The position numbers and the translations under genes are program-made. This document shows positions 9,135 through 19,074 of a stretch of DNA of 33,938 bases, one piece after another. A model generated the notes under the pieces. The model made no database searches, had not been told where the DNA came from, and saw only the letters and a list, made by a program, of their open reading frames with translations. Position 1 is the first letter of the stretch. Each line of letters opens with the position of its first letter. The DNA lies in assembly GCA_913045505.1 (NCBI GenBank), contig CAJWQN010000003.1, forward strand, positions 1-33,938, read 5' to 3'. Origin of the DNA: an uncultured Rhodospirillaceae bacterium (GTDB lineage Bacteria; Pseudomonadota; Alphaproteobacteria; UBA7887).

Positions 9135-10537
9135 CGCCTCATGTGGTGATCCTGGGCGCCGGCCCGGCCGGCTTGGGCGCGGCCTACCGCCTCCGCCAGG
9201 CCGGCACCGCCGCCGCCACGGTGATCGAACGCGGCGCCACCGTGGGCGGCAACGCCGCGAGCTTTCCCCTGGCCGGCATGCAGGTCGATTACGGCAGCCA
9301 CCGCCTGCATCCCCAATGCGACCCGGCGGTGCTGGGCGACCTGCGGAGCCTGCTCGGGGCGGACCTGATCGAACGCCCCCGTCACGGCCGCATCCGGTTA
9401 CGCGGCAGGTGGATCGGATTTCCCCTCGCGCCCCTCGACCTGTTACTGCATCTGCCGCCGGGCTCCGCCGCCGGCGCGGCCTGGGACATGGTCCGCGCGC
9501 CGTTGCTCGGGCCCGCCCCGGAACAAGACAGTTTCGCGACCGTGCTCGAACGCGGCCTGGGCCGCACCATCTGCCGGGATTTCTATTTTCCCTATGCCCG
9601 TAAGATCTGGGGTGTGGCGCCGGAGCAGTTGTCGCCGGTCCAGGCCCGCCGCCGCGTGGCCGCGAGCTCGTCGGCGCGCCTGATCGCGAAGGTGCTGTCC
9701 GCGGTGCCCGGGCTGGGCGGCAAGGCCGCCGGCCGGTTCTTCTATCCGAGACATGGCTTCGGGCAGATTTGCGCGCGCCTGCGCGACGCCGCGGTCGCGG
9801 CCGGAGCGGAGGTGCTGACCGGCACCGAAGTCACCGCGGTCAGCCACCGCGACGGCGCCGTCACCGGCATCACCGCAGGCGGGCACGCCCTCGACGCCGA
9901 TCACGTCTGGTCGACGATTCCGATCACGACCCTGGCCCGGCTGATGACCCCGCCGGCCCCGGCGGACCTTCGACAAGCAGCCGGGCGACTGTCCTATCGG
10001 GCCATGATCCTGGTCTATCTGGTGGTCGCCACGCCCCGGTTCACGGAGTTCGACGCCCATTATTTTCCCGAAGCCGCGATTGCGATCAGCCGCCTGTCGG
10101 AGCCCAAGAACTATGGCCTGGCCTCGGAACCCGCGGCGCGGACCGTGCTGTGCGCCGAATTGCCCTGCGCCGTGGACTCCGAGGTCTGGCGGATGAGCGA
10201 CGAGGATTTGGGCGCCCTGGTTCTGGACGCCCTGGCGGGTGCCGGCATCCCGGTGCGGGCGCCGGTCGAAGCGGTGATCAGTCGCCGTCTCGCCCAGGGC
10301 TATCCAATTTACGAGCGCGGATTCGAGCACGCGTTCGATGCGCTGGACCAGTGGCTCGGTGGATTTGACCGCCTGCTCACGTTCGGACGGCAAGGATTGT
10401 TCGCTCACGACAACACCCACCACGCCTTGGCCATGGCCTATGCCGCCTGCGATTGCCTGCGTGCCGACGGAGCGTTCGACAAGGCCCTGTGGCACCGCCA
10501 CCGCCGGGCATTCGAGCACCATGTCGTGGTCGATTGA
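9131..10537 (+). CDS. FAD-dependent oxidoreductase, UDP-galactopyranose-mutase/protoporphyrinogen-oxidase-like
   Basis: Real start is ATG 9131 ([15 protein letters not shown], Rossmann fold). Also [32 protein letters not shown] and [14 protein letters not shown]. Confidence 0.85.
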   Translation: MTPHVVILGAGPAGLGAAYRLRQAGTAAATVIERGATVGGNAASFPLAGMQVDYGSHRLHPQCDPAVLGDLRSLLGADLIERPRHGRIRLRGRWIGFPLAPLDLLLHLPPGSAAGAAWDMVRAPLLGPAPEQDSFATVLERGLGRTICRDFYFPYARKIWGVAPEQLSPVQARRRVAASSSARLIAKVLSAVPGLGGKAAGRFFYPRHGFGQICARLRDAAVAAGAEVLTGTEVTAVSHRDGAVTGITAGGHALDADHVWSTIPITTLARLMTPPAPADLRQAAGRLSYRAMILVYLVVATPRFTEFDAHYFPEAAIAISRLSEPKNYGLASEPAARTVLCAELPCAVDSEVWRMSDEDLGALVLDALAGAGIPVRAPVEAVISRRLAQGYPIYERGFEHAFDALDQWLGGFDRLLTFGRQGLFAHDNTHHALAMAYAACDCLRADGAFDKALWHRHRRAFEHHVVVD

Positions 10538-12210
10538 TGATCCGAGCCGTATCCGCCTTGATCGGAGGCGGCTTGCTGCTCGGCATCGCCCATCTGGCGG
10601 CTCTGCCGCCCTGGGAAGGTTTCGACGAGACCGCCCATTACGCCTATATCCAGTATCTGGCCGACGTCCATGACCTGCCGCCGCGCGCCACCGCGGTGCT
10701 ATCGACCGACGTCGAGGCCTTTGAAGGCATCGGGCCGACCCGCTATAAGCCCCAGCCTCCGTTCGACCCCTTCGGTACCTACAGCTACCGGACGTTCTTC
10801 GCCGCGCCGGACGACGTGATCGTCCAGGCCGGGACCTATCTCAACCAGCCCCCGCCCGAACCCCGCCGCTACGTGCCCGCCCGGCGCGCCAATTGGCAGT
10901 CGCAGCACCCGCCGCTCTATTACCTGCTCATGGCGCCGTTGTACCTGGCCACCAAGGGTATGAACTGGGTCGATCATCTGCTCCTGGTGCGGATGGCGTC
11001 CTATCTCATGGCCTGTGCCGCCCTCGTCGTCGGAGTCCATGGCGCCCATTTGGCGACCAACCGCTACCGACTGATTCCGGATCGGATCGCGCCGCGCGCG
11101 CGCCATGGCGGCGTGGTGCTCGGGATCGCGCTCTGGCCGGTGCTGTTTCCGATGTGGATTCCGGAGATGGCCCGGCTCGGCAACGATTCGCTGTCGGCGT
11201 TGATCGTCGCGCTGGTCTGGCTGAGGCTGGTGCATCTTCTCGGGCATGGCGATCGGGCGCGCGACTATGCGTGGCTGGGGGTGATACTCGGCTGCGGGCT
11301 GCTGACCAAGGTCCTGTTCGCGCCGATCGCGTTCGGCGTTGGCGTGTTCCTCGCGGCCCGCGCCTGGCGCCGGCTGTCGTGGCACCGCGCGGGCACGGTG
11401 CTGATGGTGTTGGCGGTGCTGGTCGCGGTCACGGTTGGGATTGGCGGCTGGTGGTACGTGGGCAATTTCCTCGACACCGGCTCTTTTGTCGGCAGCACCC
11501 ATTTCGTTCGTCTCGGCCAGGCGGGCGGCGTGGCCATGGTCCTGGACACCCCGGTCACTGCCGGGCGCCTGCTGGAAGGCCTGGCGGTGATCGCCATGAC
11601 CTTCGTTTGGGGCGGCACCTGGTCGTTCGCATGGCCGAATTACGCGGCCATGGTGGGCCTCGCCCTGGTACCGTTGGTGCTGGCCGGCGCCTATGGGATC
11701 GGGCTCCGCCGCGCCCGGATCGATTCCCTGACCTGGCTGCCGGTGTTCGTGCTGGTGCCGGTCGCGATCGCCATCGTCATCAACCTGTTCGTGAAAATGG
11801 CGCTCTACCGGGAGGGGTTCAACGTTCCGGGCTGGTACCTTCATTTGCTGGCGGTGCCGCTGGGCGCCGCGCTCGGGATCGGCATCGCCGCGTGCTGGCC
11901 GGCGCGCTGGTTTCGACTCAGCCTGTCGATCCTGGGCGGCTATGCCCTGGCGTTCGCGGCCTGGGCGAGCGCGAGCCAGGTCTTGCTGTACACCGGATTT
12001 GCGATCAAGGCCGGTGATCGGGGCGCGTTCCGGCTGGCGCCGGAGCTGCCCAGCATTGGCGATTTGGTGGCCCAGGTCGGCGAACGCCTGGCCGTGATCG
12101 CCTCGCCCAATTTGGCCGCGGCGGCGTTCGCGGCCGGGGCGGTGCTTCTGGTGGTCGGTTCGGGTTTGGCCTGGCGCGGCTATGCGACCTTGGAATCGGA
12201 TTCGACGTAG
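10537..12210 (+). CDS. GT-C-fold integral membrane glycosyltransferase (ArnT/PMT/DUF2142-like)
   Basis: Start at ATG 10537 (TGATG coupling). First-loop acidic motif PPWEGFDETAHYAY, then QHPPLYY, LGNDSL, GLLTK and WWYVGN. More than 10 TM segments. Confidence 0.75.
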   Translation: MIRAVSALIGGGLLLGIAHLAALPPWEGFDETAHYAYIQYLADVHDLPPRATAVLSTDVEAFEGIGPTRYKPQPPFDPFGTYSYRTFFAAPDDVIVQAGTYLNQPPPEPRRYVPARRANWQSQHPPLYYLLMAPLYLATKGMNWVDHLLLVRMASYLMACAALVVGVHGAHLATNRYRLIPDRIAPRARHGGVVLGIALWPVLFPMWIPEMARLGNDSLSALIVALVWLRLVHLLGHGDRARDYAWLGVILGCGLLTKVLFAPIAFGVGVFLAARAWRRLSWHRAGTVLMVLAVLVAVTVGIGGWWYVGNFLDTGSFVGSTHFVRLGQAGGVAMVLDTPVTAGRLLEGLAVIAMTFVWGGTWSFAWPNYAAMVGLALVPLVLAGAYGIGLRRARIDSLTWLPVFVLVPVAIAIVINLFVKMALYREGFNVPGWYLHLLAVPLGAALGIGIAACWPARWFRLSLSILGGYALAFAAWASASQVLLYTGFAIKAGDRGAFRLAPELPSIGDLVAQVGERLAVIASPNLAAAAFAAGAVLLVVGSGLAWRGYATLESDST

Positions 12211-15200
12211 CGGCTCAACTCCTCGGCCACCGACGCGGCGTCGCGGTCGCGGTTGAGGCCCTTGAAGAGTTCGATCGCCTCCTCGAATTTCCGCTCGGGC
12301 TTCTTGCCCTCCAGAATCAACAACTGAGCTTCGAGCCGGGCCGCCTCGGCCAAATCGACCGCCCGGTCGCGTTCGGTGGCGATGGTGCGCGCCCGGACCA
12401 GATGGTCACGGGCGGCGGCCCCGTCCCCCTTGCGGACATAGACCGTGCACAAGGCCAGTTCGTTGGCCAGGATCTTGGTCTCGAGCCCCAACTCGCGGTG
12501 CATGCGCATGGCGCCCAGAAGCGCGCTTTCGGCCTCGTCCAGCCGGTCCAGGTCGATATAGCACCGACCCTTCAGCATCGCCGCCGACCCGGCACCGAAC
12601 AGGTTGCCGATCCGATCCATGGTCTCGAACGCCTTGTCGAAATAGTCCAGCGCCTCCTCCAATTCGTCGCGCTTGCGGTGGAGGTAGCCCATCGACAGGT
12701 AGACGTTGCCGCTTCGCCGCTTGTTGCCCATTTCGATGGTGAGCTCGAGACTTCGCCGGTTGAACTCGAGCGCCTTTTCGAGGTCGCCCATGTGCTCGAA
12801 GACCACGGCCAAATTGTTGCACACCTGGGCGGTTTGCTCGGTCGCCTGCTGGGCCTCGAAAATCTCCAACGCCCGTTCGGCCTTTTCGACCGCTTCCTCG
12901 TGCTGGCCGATCTGGTTCAGAACCCAACTCTGATTCATCATCAGCAGGCCGGCCTCGATGGTATCCGGATGATCGGCGAGCAGCGCCGAGGCCTGTTCGT
13001 AGACTTCGATCGCCTGGTCCTTCGAGCCCAGCTTCTCCTCGATACGACCGATGTTGCGCATCGCATCGGCTTTGCGCAGGTCGTCGTCGATCAATTCGAT
13101 CGCCTGACGCCAGGATTGAATCGCCCCATCCAGATCGCCGAGCAATTCCTGGGTATCCGAATAGGCAATGTAGATATCCTGGAGCGCGGTCGCGGGATGG
13201 GCCAGACCCTGCCCGACCTCGAGCGCTTCTTGGAAATATTTCGCGGCGTTCTGATTGGCATAGGTGGCCTTGGCCTTGAAGCCGCTTTTCACCAGGTATT
13301 CGAAGGTTCGCTCGTCATCGTCGGCAAGCCGATAATGCTCGGCCAGCACTTCGAAATGATCTTCCAGGCGGGCGCCGTAAAGCGCCTCCATCTCGCGGGC
13401 GACGATCTGATGCAATTCCTTCCGCTTCTTGAGCAGCATGGTCGAATAGACCGCTTCCTGAATCAGGACGTTGCGGAAGCTGTATTCGATCTCGGGGAAC
13501 GAACTCGACTCGAAAATCAGCCCCATGTCGGCCAGCTGGCTGAGTTTGTCGTCGATGTCGGCCAAGGTGACCAGCCGCTGAATCAGGGCCTGCTTGAACA
13601 CCGGCCCGACCACGGAGGCGGTGTGCAAGATATCCTTCAGCCCGCTTTGCAGCTTGTCGATGCGGGCGATGATGATGCCCTGGATCGAACTCGGAATCGC
13701 GATCTGGTCGAGATCCTTGGCGATGCGGATCTCGCCATCGCCGACCTTCTCGACCACGCCGTCGTCGAGCAAGCTGCGGACAATTTCCTCGATGTAGAGC
13801 GGATTGCCCTCGGCGCGGCCGCGGACCAGCTCCAACACCGCGTCGGCAACGGTTTCGCAGCCCAACAATTGCCCGACCAATTTATCGGATTCGGCGGCGG
13901 TCAACCGTTCGAACGTGATCTGGGTGCAACCGGCGCCGAGCGCCTTTTCCGCGATTAGCGGCAATTTGTCGGACGCGTGCTCCTTGACCGGGCGCATCAG
14001 CACCAGCATCATCACCGGATCGTCCTTGAGCGCCTCGAACAAATAGGCGAGCATCTCGACCGAGGTGTTGTCGGCGTGGTGCAGGTTCTCCAGCACCAGC
14101 AACAGCGGCTTTGCCCTGGCCAAATTCTTGAACAACCAGGCGACCGCCCTGAAGGTCGACATCTTCAGTTCCTGAGCGTCCATTTCATCGACCGGAACGT
14201 CGAACTGCTCGGCCAACTGAAGGCCCAGGATGGCGCCGATGAACACCACGGCCTCGCGCGCCTCCGAATCCAGCGCCTCCGGGTCGAGGTGCAGCAGCAA
14301 CGGCAGATTCTTGGCGATCTTCGCGGCCATGAAGCCCGGCAGGTCTTCCGAATCGATGTCGCACAGGTTCTTGACGATGTCGGCGAACACGTAATAGCTG
14401 GTGGTCTGGCCGAACGAGGGGCACATCCCCTCGATGACCTGAATATCGCCTTCCTTGAGCCGGCCCTTGAGTTCGGCCTGGACCCGGCTCTTGCCGATTC
14501 CGGGGTCCGAGATCAGAAACACCGCCTGACCCTGTTGGTCGACCAGCCATTGGGCGCATTGGTCGAGGGTCTTGAGTTCCTGGTCGCGCCCGACCAGCGG
14601 TGCCGCCACCGCGCCGGCCTTGCGGGCCTGGCCCTTCAGGCTTCGGGCCTTGACCACCTCGTAGACCGCGACCGGATCTTTCTTGCCCTTGACCTTGATC
14701 GGCTCATGGGCGGTGAAGTCGAACAGGCTTCGGATCAGATTGTGGGTGTAACTCGAGATGAAAATCTGTCCGGTTCCGGCGATCGATTCGAGTCGCGAGG
14801 CCAGATTCACGGTGTCGCCCATCACCGTGTAGTCCATCTTCTGATCGGAGCCGACGCCGCCTGCGATGACCATGCCGGAATTGATACCGATATGCAGGGT
14901 CAGGGGCTTCTCGAGCTTGATCGGCAAATCGTCGTTGTAGTGCTCGAGATCCTTGCGCATGTCGAGGGCCGCGCGCACCGCCAGTTCGGGATCGTTCTCA
15001 TGGGTGATCGGGGCGCCGAAGATGGCCATCACGCAATCGCCGATGAACTTGTCGACATAGCCTTCGTAGCGGACCACCGTATCGGCCATCAGCTTCAGGC
15101 AGCCATTCATGATCGTGGTCACGTCCTCGGGATCGAGCTTTTCGCTCATCGCCGTGAAGCCGGAGATGTCGGCGAACAACACCGTGACGTTCTTGCGCTC

Positions 15201-15455
15201 GGACTCGATCTCCTGTTCGGCGCCGGCCGGGGCCAGCGCCGGGGCGCCCGCGGAGGGGCGCGCGCCATCGGCCGGGAACGGTGGCAGGGCCGTTCCCGAC
15301 CGGTGATGAATGCGCGCGCCGCAACCGGCGCAATATCTGTCGCCCTCGACCACGGCCGCGCTGCATCGCAGACAGAACAAATACAGGGCGGCACCGCAGC
15401 CGGTGCAGAACTTGGCTTCGTTCCGGTTGTCGCAACCGCAATCAGAACACTTCAC
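12180..15455 (-). CDS. Class III adenylate cyclase with N-terminal double zinc ribbon, STAND/AAA ATPase and C-terminal TPR repeats
   Basis: Four CxxC pairs at the N-terminus. Cyclase motifs FADISGFT, DKFIGDCVMAIF and YTVMGDTVNLASRLE. LVGRDQEL, Walker A PGIGKS, GNPLYIEE and IARIDKL, followed by TPR helices. Confidence 0.93.
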   Translation of the reverse strand: MKCSDCGCDNRNEAKFCTGCGAALYLFCLRCSAAVVEGDRYCAGCGARIHHRSGTALPPFPADGARPSAGAPALAPAGAEQEIESERKNVTVLFADISGFTAMSEKLDPEDVTTIMNGCLKLMADTVVRYEGYVDKFIGDCVMAIFGAPITHENDPELAVRAALDMRKDLEHYNDDLPIKLEKPLTLHIGINSGMVIAGGVGSDQKMDYTVMGDTVNLASRLESIAGTGQIFISSYTHNLIRSLFDFTAHEPIKVKGKKDPVAVYEVVKARSLKGQARKAGAVAAPLVGRDQELKTLDQCAQWLVDQQGQAVFLISDPGIGKSRVQAELKGRLKEGDIQVIEGMCPSFGQTTSYYVFADIVKNLCDIDSEDLPGFMAAKIAKNLPLLLHLDPEALDSEAREAVVFIGAILGLQLAEQFDVPVDEMDAQELKMSTFRAVAWLFKNLARAKPLLLVLENLHHADNTSVEMLAYLFEALKDDPVMMLVLMRPVKEHASDKLPLIAEKALGAGCTQITFERLTAAESDKLVGQLLGCETVADAVLELVRGRAEGNPLYIEEIVRSLLDDGVVEKVGDGEIRIAKDLDQIAIPSSIQGIIIARIDKLQSGLKDILHTASVVGPVFKQALIQRLVTLADIDDKLSQLADMGLIFESSSFPEIEYSFRNVLIQEAVYSTMLLKKRKELHQIVAREMEALYGARLEDHFEVLAEHYRLADDDERTFEYLVKSGFKAKATYANQNAAKYFQEALEVGQGLAHPATALQDIYIAYSDTQELLGDLDGAIQSWRQAIELIDDDLRKADAMRNIGRIEEKLGSKDQAIEVYEQASALLADHPDTIEAGLLMMNQSWVLNQIGQHEEAVEKAERALEIFEAQQATEQTAQVCNNLAVVFEHMGDLEKALEFNRRSLELTIEMGNKRRSGNVYLSMGYLHRKRDELEEALDYFDKAFETMDRIGNLFGAGSAAMLKGRCYIDLDRLDEAESALLGAMRMHRELGLETKILANELALCTVYVRKGDGAAARDHLVRARTIATERDRAVDLAEAARLEAQLLILEGKKPERKFEEAIELFKGLNRDRDAASVAEELSRYVESDSKVA

Positions 15456-15634
15456 GGTCCCACCTTTCCCGTGATCGCCGGGCGCACGCCATAGCCGGCT
15501 GACCGGCCCGCCGCCCCGCTCTCATCCGGCTCTCATAATGCGCTTTGGCGCCCGCTTGTACACTATAACACTGGGTTTGGCGCCGGCCACGACCAGAGGT
15601 GGGCGGCAAGATCATCGCCGCCCTCTGGCGGCGA

Positions 15635-16228
15635 TCACGGGCAGCGGGTCGAATCGATCAGTCGCGCGGTCGGTCCCCCGGCCGAATCGGGAGGACCGTC
15701 GAACGCCAGCAACGACCGATCCGTGGCCTTGAAGCAGTTGCCCGTTATCGAGTCGCAAATCCGCCGCGCCGGCCTCAGTCGAGGCCGGGCCGGAATCCGG
15801 GCCGCCATTTCCGGACCCGCCGTTCCTCCGGCCAGGCTATCGAGGTCCACGCCGGCGGCCGCGAGTCCCTGCTCGGCGGCCCGCCGCAGCCACCGGGCCG
15901 CTTGGTTCCCATCCTTGGCCACACCGGTCCCGGTCGCATACATCAGGCCGAGCGCGTATTGGGGCTGGGCTAGGCCCTGCTCGGCCGCGCGTCGATACCA
16001 AATCGCCGCTTCCTCCAGATTCCGGGGCACGCCCATCCCGCGAAAATAAGAATCCGCGAGGCCCCATTGGGCGGCCGCGTCGCCGGCCAGGGCCAGCGCC
16101 CGATAGTCCCGAACCTGGGCGGTGGCACAGCCGAGCGCCACCGCCGGGCCGGACAGGGCCAGCCAGACCACGAGGCCGGCAATCCCAAGGCTAAGCTTGA
16201 GCCCGAATCGAACACCATCCATCCGCAT
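15635..16228 (-). CDS. Exported Sel1-repeat protein
   Basis: Signal-like N-terminus (…LVVWLALSGPAVA) and two Sel1 repeats ending WYRRAAEQG and WLRRAAEQG. Confidence 0.85.
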   Translation of the reverse strand: MRMDGVRFGLKLSLGIAGLVVWLALSGPAVALGCATAQVRDYRALALAGDAAAQWGLADSYFRGMGVPRNLEEAAIWYRRAAEQGLAQPQYALGLMYATGTGVAKDGNQAARWLRRAAEQGLAAAGVDLDSLAGGTAGPEMAARIPARPRLRPARRICDSITGNCFKATDRSLLAFDGPPDSAGGPTARLIDSTRCP

Positions 16229-16312
16229 GACGCCATGGTAACATGTTTAACCGTCGCCGCGGCGCGCCATGAGCTCGCGGCGACCGGACAACGACGGACG
16301 GGAGATCAGGCC

Positions 16313-16810
16313 ATGGCAACGATCAAGGACGCGGCCGGCCGGGCGGTGGTCCTGCAACCGGGCGACGGGCCGTCCTACTGGCAGCCGATGCCGGCCAACG
16401 GCTTCAGCGAGATCAAACTGACGCCGGAGAACACCGGATACGGTGCTTTGTCGTCGGGATTTCAGACCATCGCCGCTGGCGGCCATATCCGGGCCCATTC
16501 CCACGACGAACAGATCGAGATGCTGGTCTTCTTCCGGGGCCGGGGCCGGGTCGTCGTCGATGGCGAGAGCCACCCCTGCGAGCCCGGCACGACGTTTTTC
16601 CTGGGCCCCCATGTCCGCCACCAGATCATCAACGATTCGGACGCCGATCTGGTCATGTTGTGGATGATCTCGCCACCGGGACTGGAAGACTTCTTCGCCA
16701 CCATCGGCCGCCCCCGTTCCCCCGGCTCACCGGCCCCAGCCCCCTTCGCCCGACCCGACGACGTGACCAAGGTCGAGCACCGAATGGGCTTCCGCGATAT
16801 CGGGGATTAA
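16313..16810 (+). CDS. Cupin-domain protein
   Basis: ATG 16313 follows GGGAGA. Metal-binding motifs HSHDEQIE and PHVRHQIIN, and ISPPGLEDFF. Confidence 0.88.
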   Translation: MATIKDAAGRAVVLQPGDGPSYWQPMPANGFSEIKLTPENTGYGALSSGFQTIAAGGHIRAHSHDEQIEMLVFFRGRGRVVVDGESHPCEPGTTFFLGPHVRHQIINDSDADLVMLWMISPPGLEDFFATIGRPRSPGSPAPAPFARPDDVTKVEHRMGFRDIGD

Positions 16811-16815
16811 GGGGT

Positions 16816-17910
16816 TCAAAACACCGGTACGATGTCGTCGGGGTCGAAGGCGACGGTCTCGCCGTCGATGCCGATCTCGGGGATGGCCGGGAAGGCGATG
16901 CCGTAGGGCTCGATGACCCCTTTCATCCTGAGCACGGCGGCGCGCCAGTTCTCGGCCCGTTGCTCCAGGCTGAGCACACCCAGCCCGGCATCGCGGGCAC
17001 AGTCCTCGAGCAGCCGGTGGGCCGGGGTGAAGGTCTCGGGCAGGTCCCAGAACTGGTCCGGCGGCTCATAGAGGATGCCGGAGAGAAACACGTAGCCGGC
17101 GCGGAGCTGGCGGGTGATCATCAGGCGTTGTTCGTCGTCGAGCGCCGGCAGCAGCTTGCGGATCATGGCCATGCAGATGCCCATATGGCGGGCCTCGTCC
17201 TTGCCGATGCAGCGGAACGCTTCCGCCAGAACCGGGATACTGGTGTTTAGATGCATGCCGTGAAACAGGGTCGCGGCCGCCAATTCGCCCATCAGAAAAG
17301 ACGTGAACAGGATCGCCAGGGGATATTTGCCGATACTGCCCTTGAACCCGGTCCAGTAGCGGGCGCCATTGTGGTAGTACCAACGCACATTGTTCTGGGC
17401 CAAGCGACCGAGCGCGGTCTCGGGGGTATAACCGAGCGGGCCGCCGGGGGTGAGGCGCGCGATCACCCGCTGGCAGATTTCCTCGTGATTGACTTCGTCG
17501 CGGGTGACCGAGAAGAAGCATTTGCGGACCGGGTCCTCCTCATGGGTCTCGTAACTGTGGATCATGGCCCGGGCGAACACCGCGGGTCCCGAGGAATCGA
17601 ACACCGAGAGGAGCGCGAACCAATAGGCGATGGCATAGCGCTGATCGGGGCTGAACGACTCCTTCTTCAGGCTCTCCCATTCCAGCAGATGGGGCGCCCA
17701 GCCGGGATCGCGGGCGGCCTCGTAGATATCCACGAGCTTGGCGGTCTCGACCGTCCATTGGAGCGGGAAGATGTTATGCTCGGGAAACGGCGGTGGCTCG
17801 GTGGTTCCGAACAGAATCTGCTCTGGCTCCGGACGCCCCTCGGCACCAAGCGGTGGCGGCTTCAGCCCGGCGGCCAGCGCTTCCGCCCCCTTGGACGCCT
17901 CGGTGCTCAT
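16816..17910 (-). CDS. Ferritin-like diiron-carboxylate protein
   Basis: Two ExxH motifs (RDEVNHE and KDEARHM) with an intervening MGE. Start chosen at ATG 17910 (MSTEASKG); the exact start is uncertain. Confidence 0.8.
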   Translation of the reverse strand: MSTEASKGAEALAAGLKPPPLGAEGRPEPEQILFGTTEPPPFPEHNIFPLQWTVETAKLVDIYEAARDPGWAPHLLEWESLKKESFSPDQRYAIAYWFALLSVFDSSGPAVFARAMIHSYETHEEDPVRKCFFSVTRDEVNHEEICQRVIARLTPGGPLGYTPETALGRLAQNNVRWYYHNGARYWTGFKGSIGKYPLAILFTSFLMGELAAATLFHGMHLNTSIPVLAEAFRCIGKDEARHMGICMAMIRKLLPALDDEQRLMITRQLRAGYVFLSGILYEPPDQFWDLPETFTPAHRLLEDCARDAGLGVLSLEQRAENWRAAVLRMKGVIEPYGIAFPAIPEIGIDGETVAFDPDDIVPVF

Positions 17911-18103
17911 GCACCGGCCCCGGTCATGGCCATATCGTCTCCCGTCGCCGACAATGTCTTGGTCCGGCTCATTCCCCGATATTAGGGTCTCGACAACCGT
18001 CAACCAAGCCCGATGGCGGCCACCTTCGAGACTTGCAAATCGAGGCCGCATGGTCGAGGAAACCTCGAGCAAATCATGCGATCGCACGAAGGGAACGCTC
18101 GTT

Positions 18104-19012
18104 ATGGCGGTGAGAGGCATTGGCCAGGCTGACGACAGCCCGATTTCAAAGAGTGCGATGCTGTTGGTGACGGCTTGTGCCGTGGTTTCGAAGGATCCGG
18201 TTTACGCGCGGACCTTTCAAGACCCCTACGCGGCCTGGTTCGCGGCCGCGATCTCGGACGAAGCGGCCGAGCGCCTGCCGACCCTGGACGACCTGGCGGC
18301 ACGCGCCGCCTTCATCGAGGAGACCGAGCGCGATCTCGATGGTCTGGTGACCCATGTCGTCTACCGCAAGCCCTGGATCACCGATCGGGTGCGCGGCGCC
18401 TTGGAGGCCGGCATCGGACAACTGGTGATACTGGGTGCCGGGTGCGACACATTATCGCTAAGGCTCGAGAAGGCCCTGGCGGGCGTCGAGGTCTTCGAGT
18501 TCGACCGGACGCCGGTGATCGACTTTCGGCGCCGGGTGCTCGGACAACATGGCGCCTTGGCCGAAAACGTCCGGCTTCTGACAATCGATTTCGACGAGGA
18601 CGACCTGGGTACGGTCCTGGGCGCCAACGGCTTCGACCGGGACAAGCCCGCGATCATCGTCGCCGAAGCGGTGGTCGAATATTTAACCGGAGATGGGGTC
18701 GAGGGATTGTTCGCTTCCGCGCGCCGGATGGGGGCACCGGACAGCCGCTTGATTTTCACATTCCTGGCCAACAAGGTTTACGAACCGGGCAAGTTCGACA
18801 CCCTGCGCGATAGGCTCGACGAAGGCGGCGAATCGCTGAAGTTCGGTCTGGTTCCGTCTGAAATCGAGCATTTTCTCGACGCGCGCGGATTTCGTTTCCT
18901 TGAAATGGCGACCCCCGAGACGATCGAACGCGAGATCGTCCCGTTGGTTGGCGCGCCGGTCGGGATCATTCCCGGTTGGCATTTGGTGCTCGCCGAGCGC
19001 CACATGCGCTGA
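18104..19012 (+). CDS. Class I SAM-dependent methyltransferase (leucine carboxyl methyltransferase/Rv0731c-like family)
   Basis: FQDPYA, QLVILGAGCDT, VFEFD, LLTIDF and IVAEAVVEYL motifs. ATG 18104 follows GAAGGGA. Confidence 0.85.
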   Translation: MAVRGIGQADDSPISKSAMLLVTACAVVSKDPVYARTFQDPYAAWFAAAISDEAAERLPTLDDLAARAAFIEETERDLDGLVTHVVYRKPWITDRVRGALEAGIGQLVILGAGCDTLSLRLEKALAGVEVFEFDRTPVIDFRRRVLGQHGALAENVRLLTIDFDEDDLGTVLGANGFDRDKPAIIVAEAVVEYLTGDGVEGLFASARRMGAPDSRLIFTFLANKVYEPGKFDTLRDRLDEGGESLKFGLVPSEIEHFLDARGFRFLEMATPETIEREIVPLVGAPVGIIPGWHLVLAERHMR

Positions 19013-19074
19013 GCAGACTCTCAGTCTATAAGGTCGGACCCCGGTTCTTGCCGGTGTCGCGGCGAGGAGCCCCC

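Noticed and set aside
15544-15570. Sigma-54-like TGGCGC-CCGC-TTGT element
   Set aside because: The -12 dinucleotide is GT instead of GC, and it points along the + strand where no gene starts.
16235-16252. AACATGTT palindrome between the divergent Sel1 and cupin genes
   Set aside because: An 8-bp dyad with imperfect flanks and no adjacent regulator is too weak to call.
18054-18068. TCGAGG-AAA-CCTCGA hairpin upstream of the methyltransferase
   Set aside because: A 6-bp stem without a U-tract; compatible with chance.
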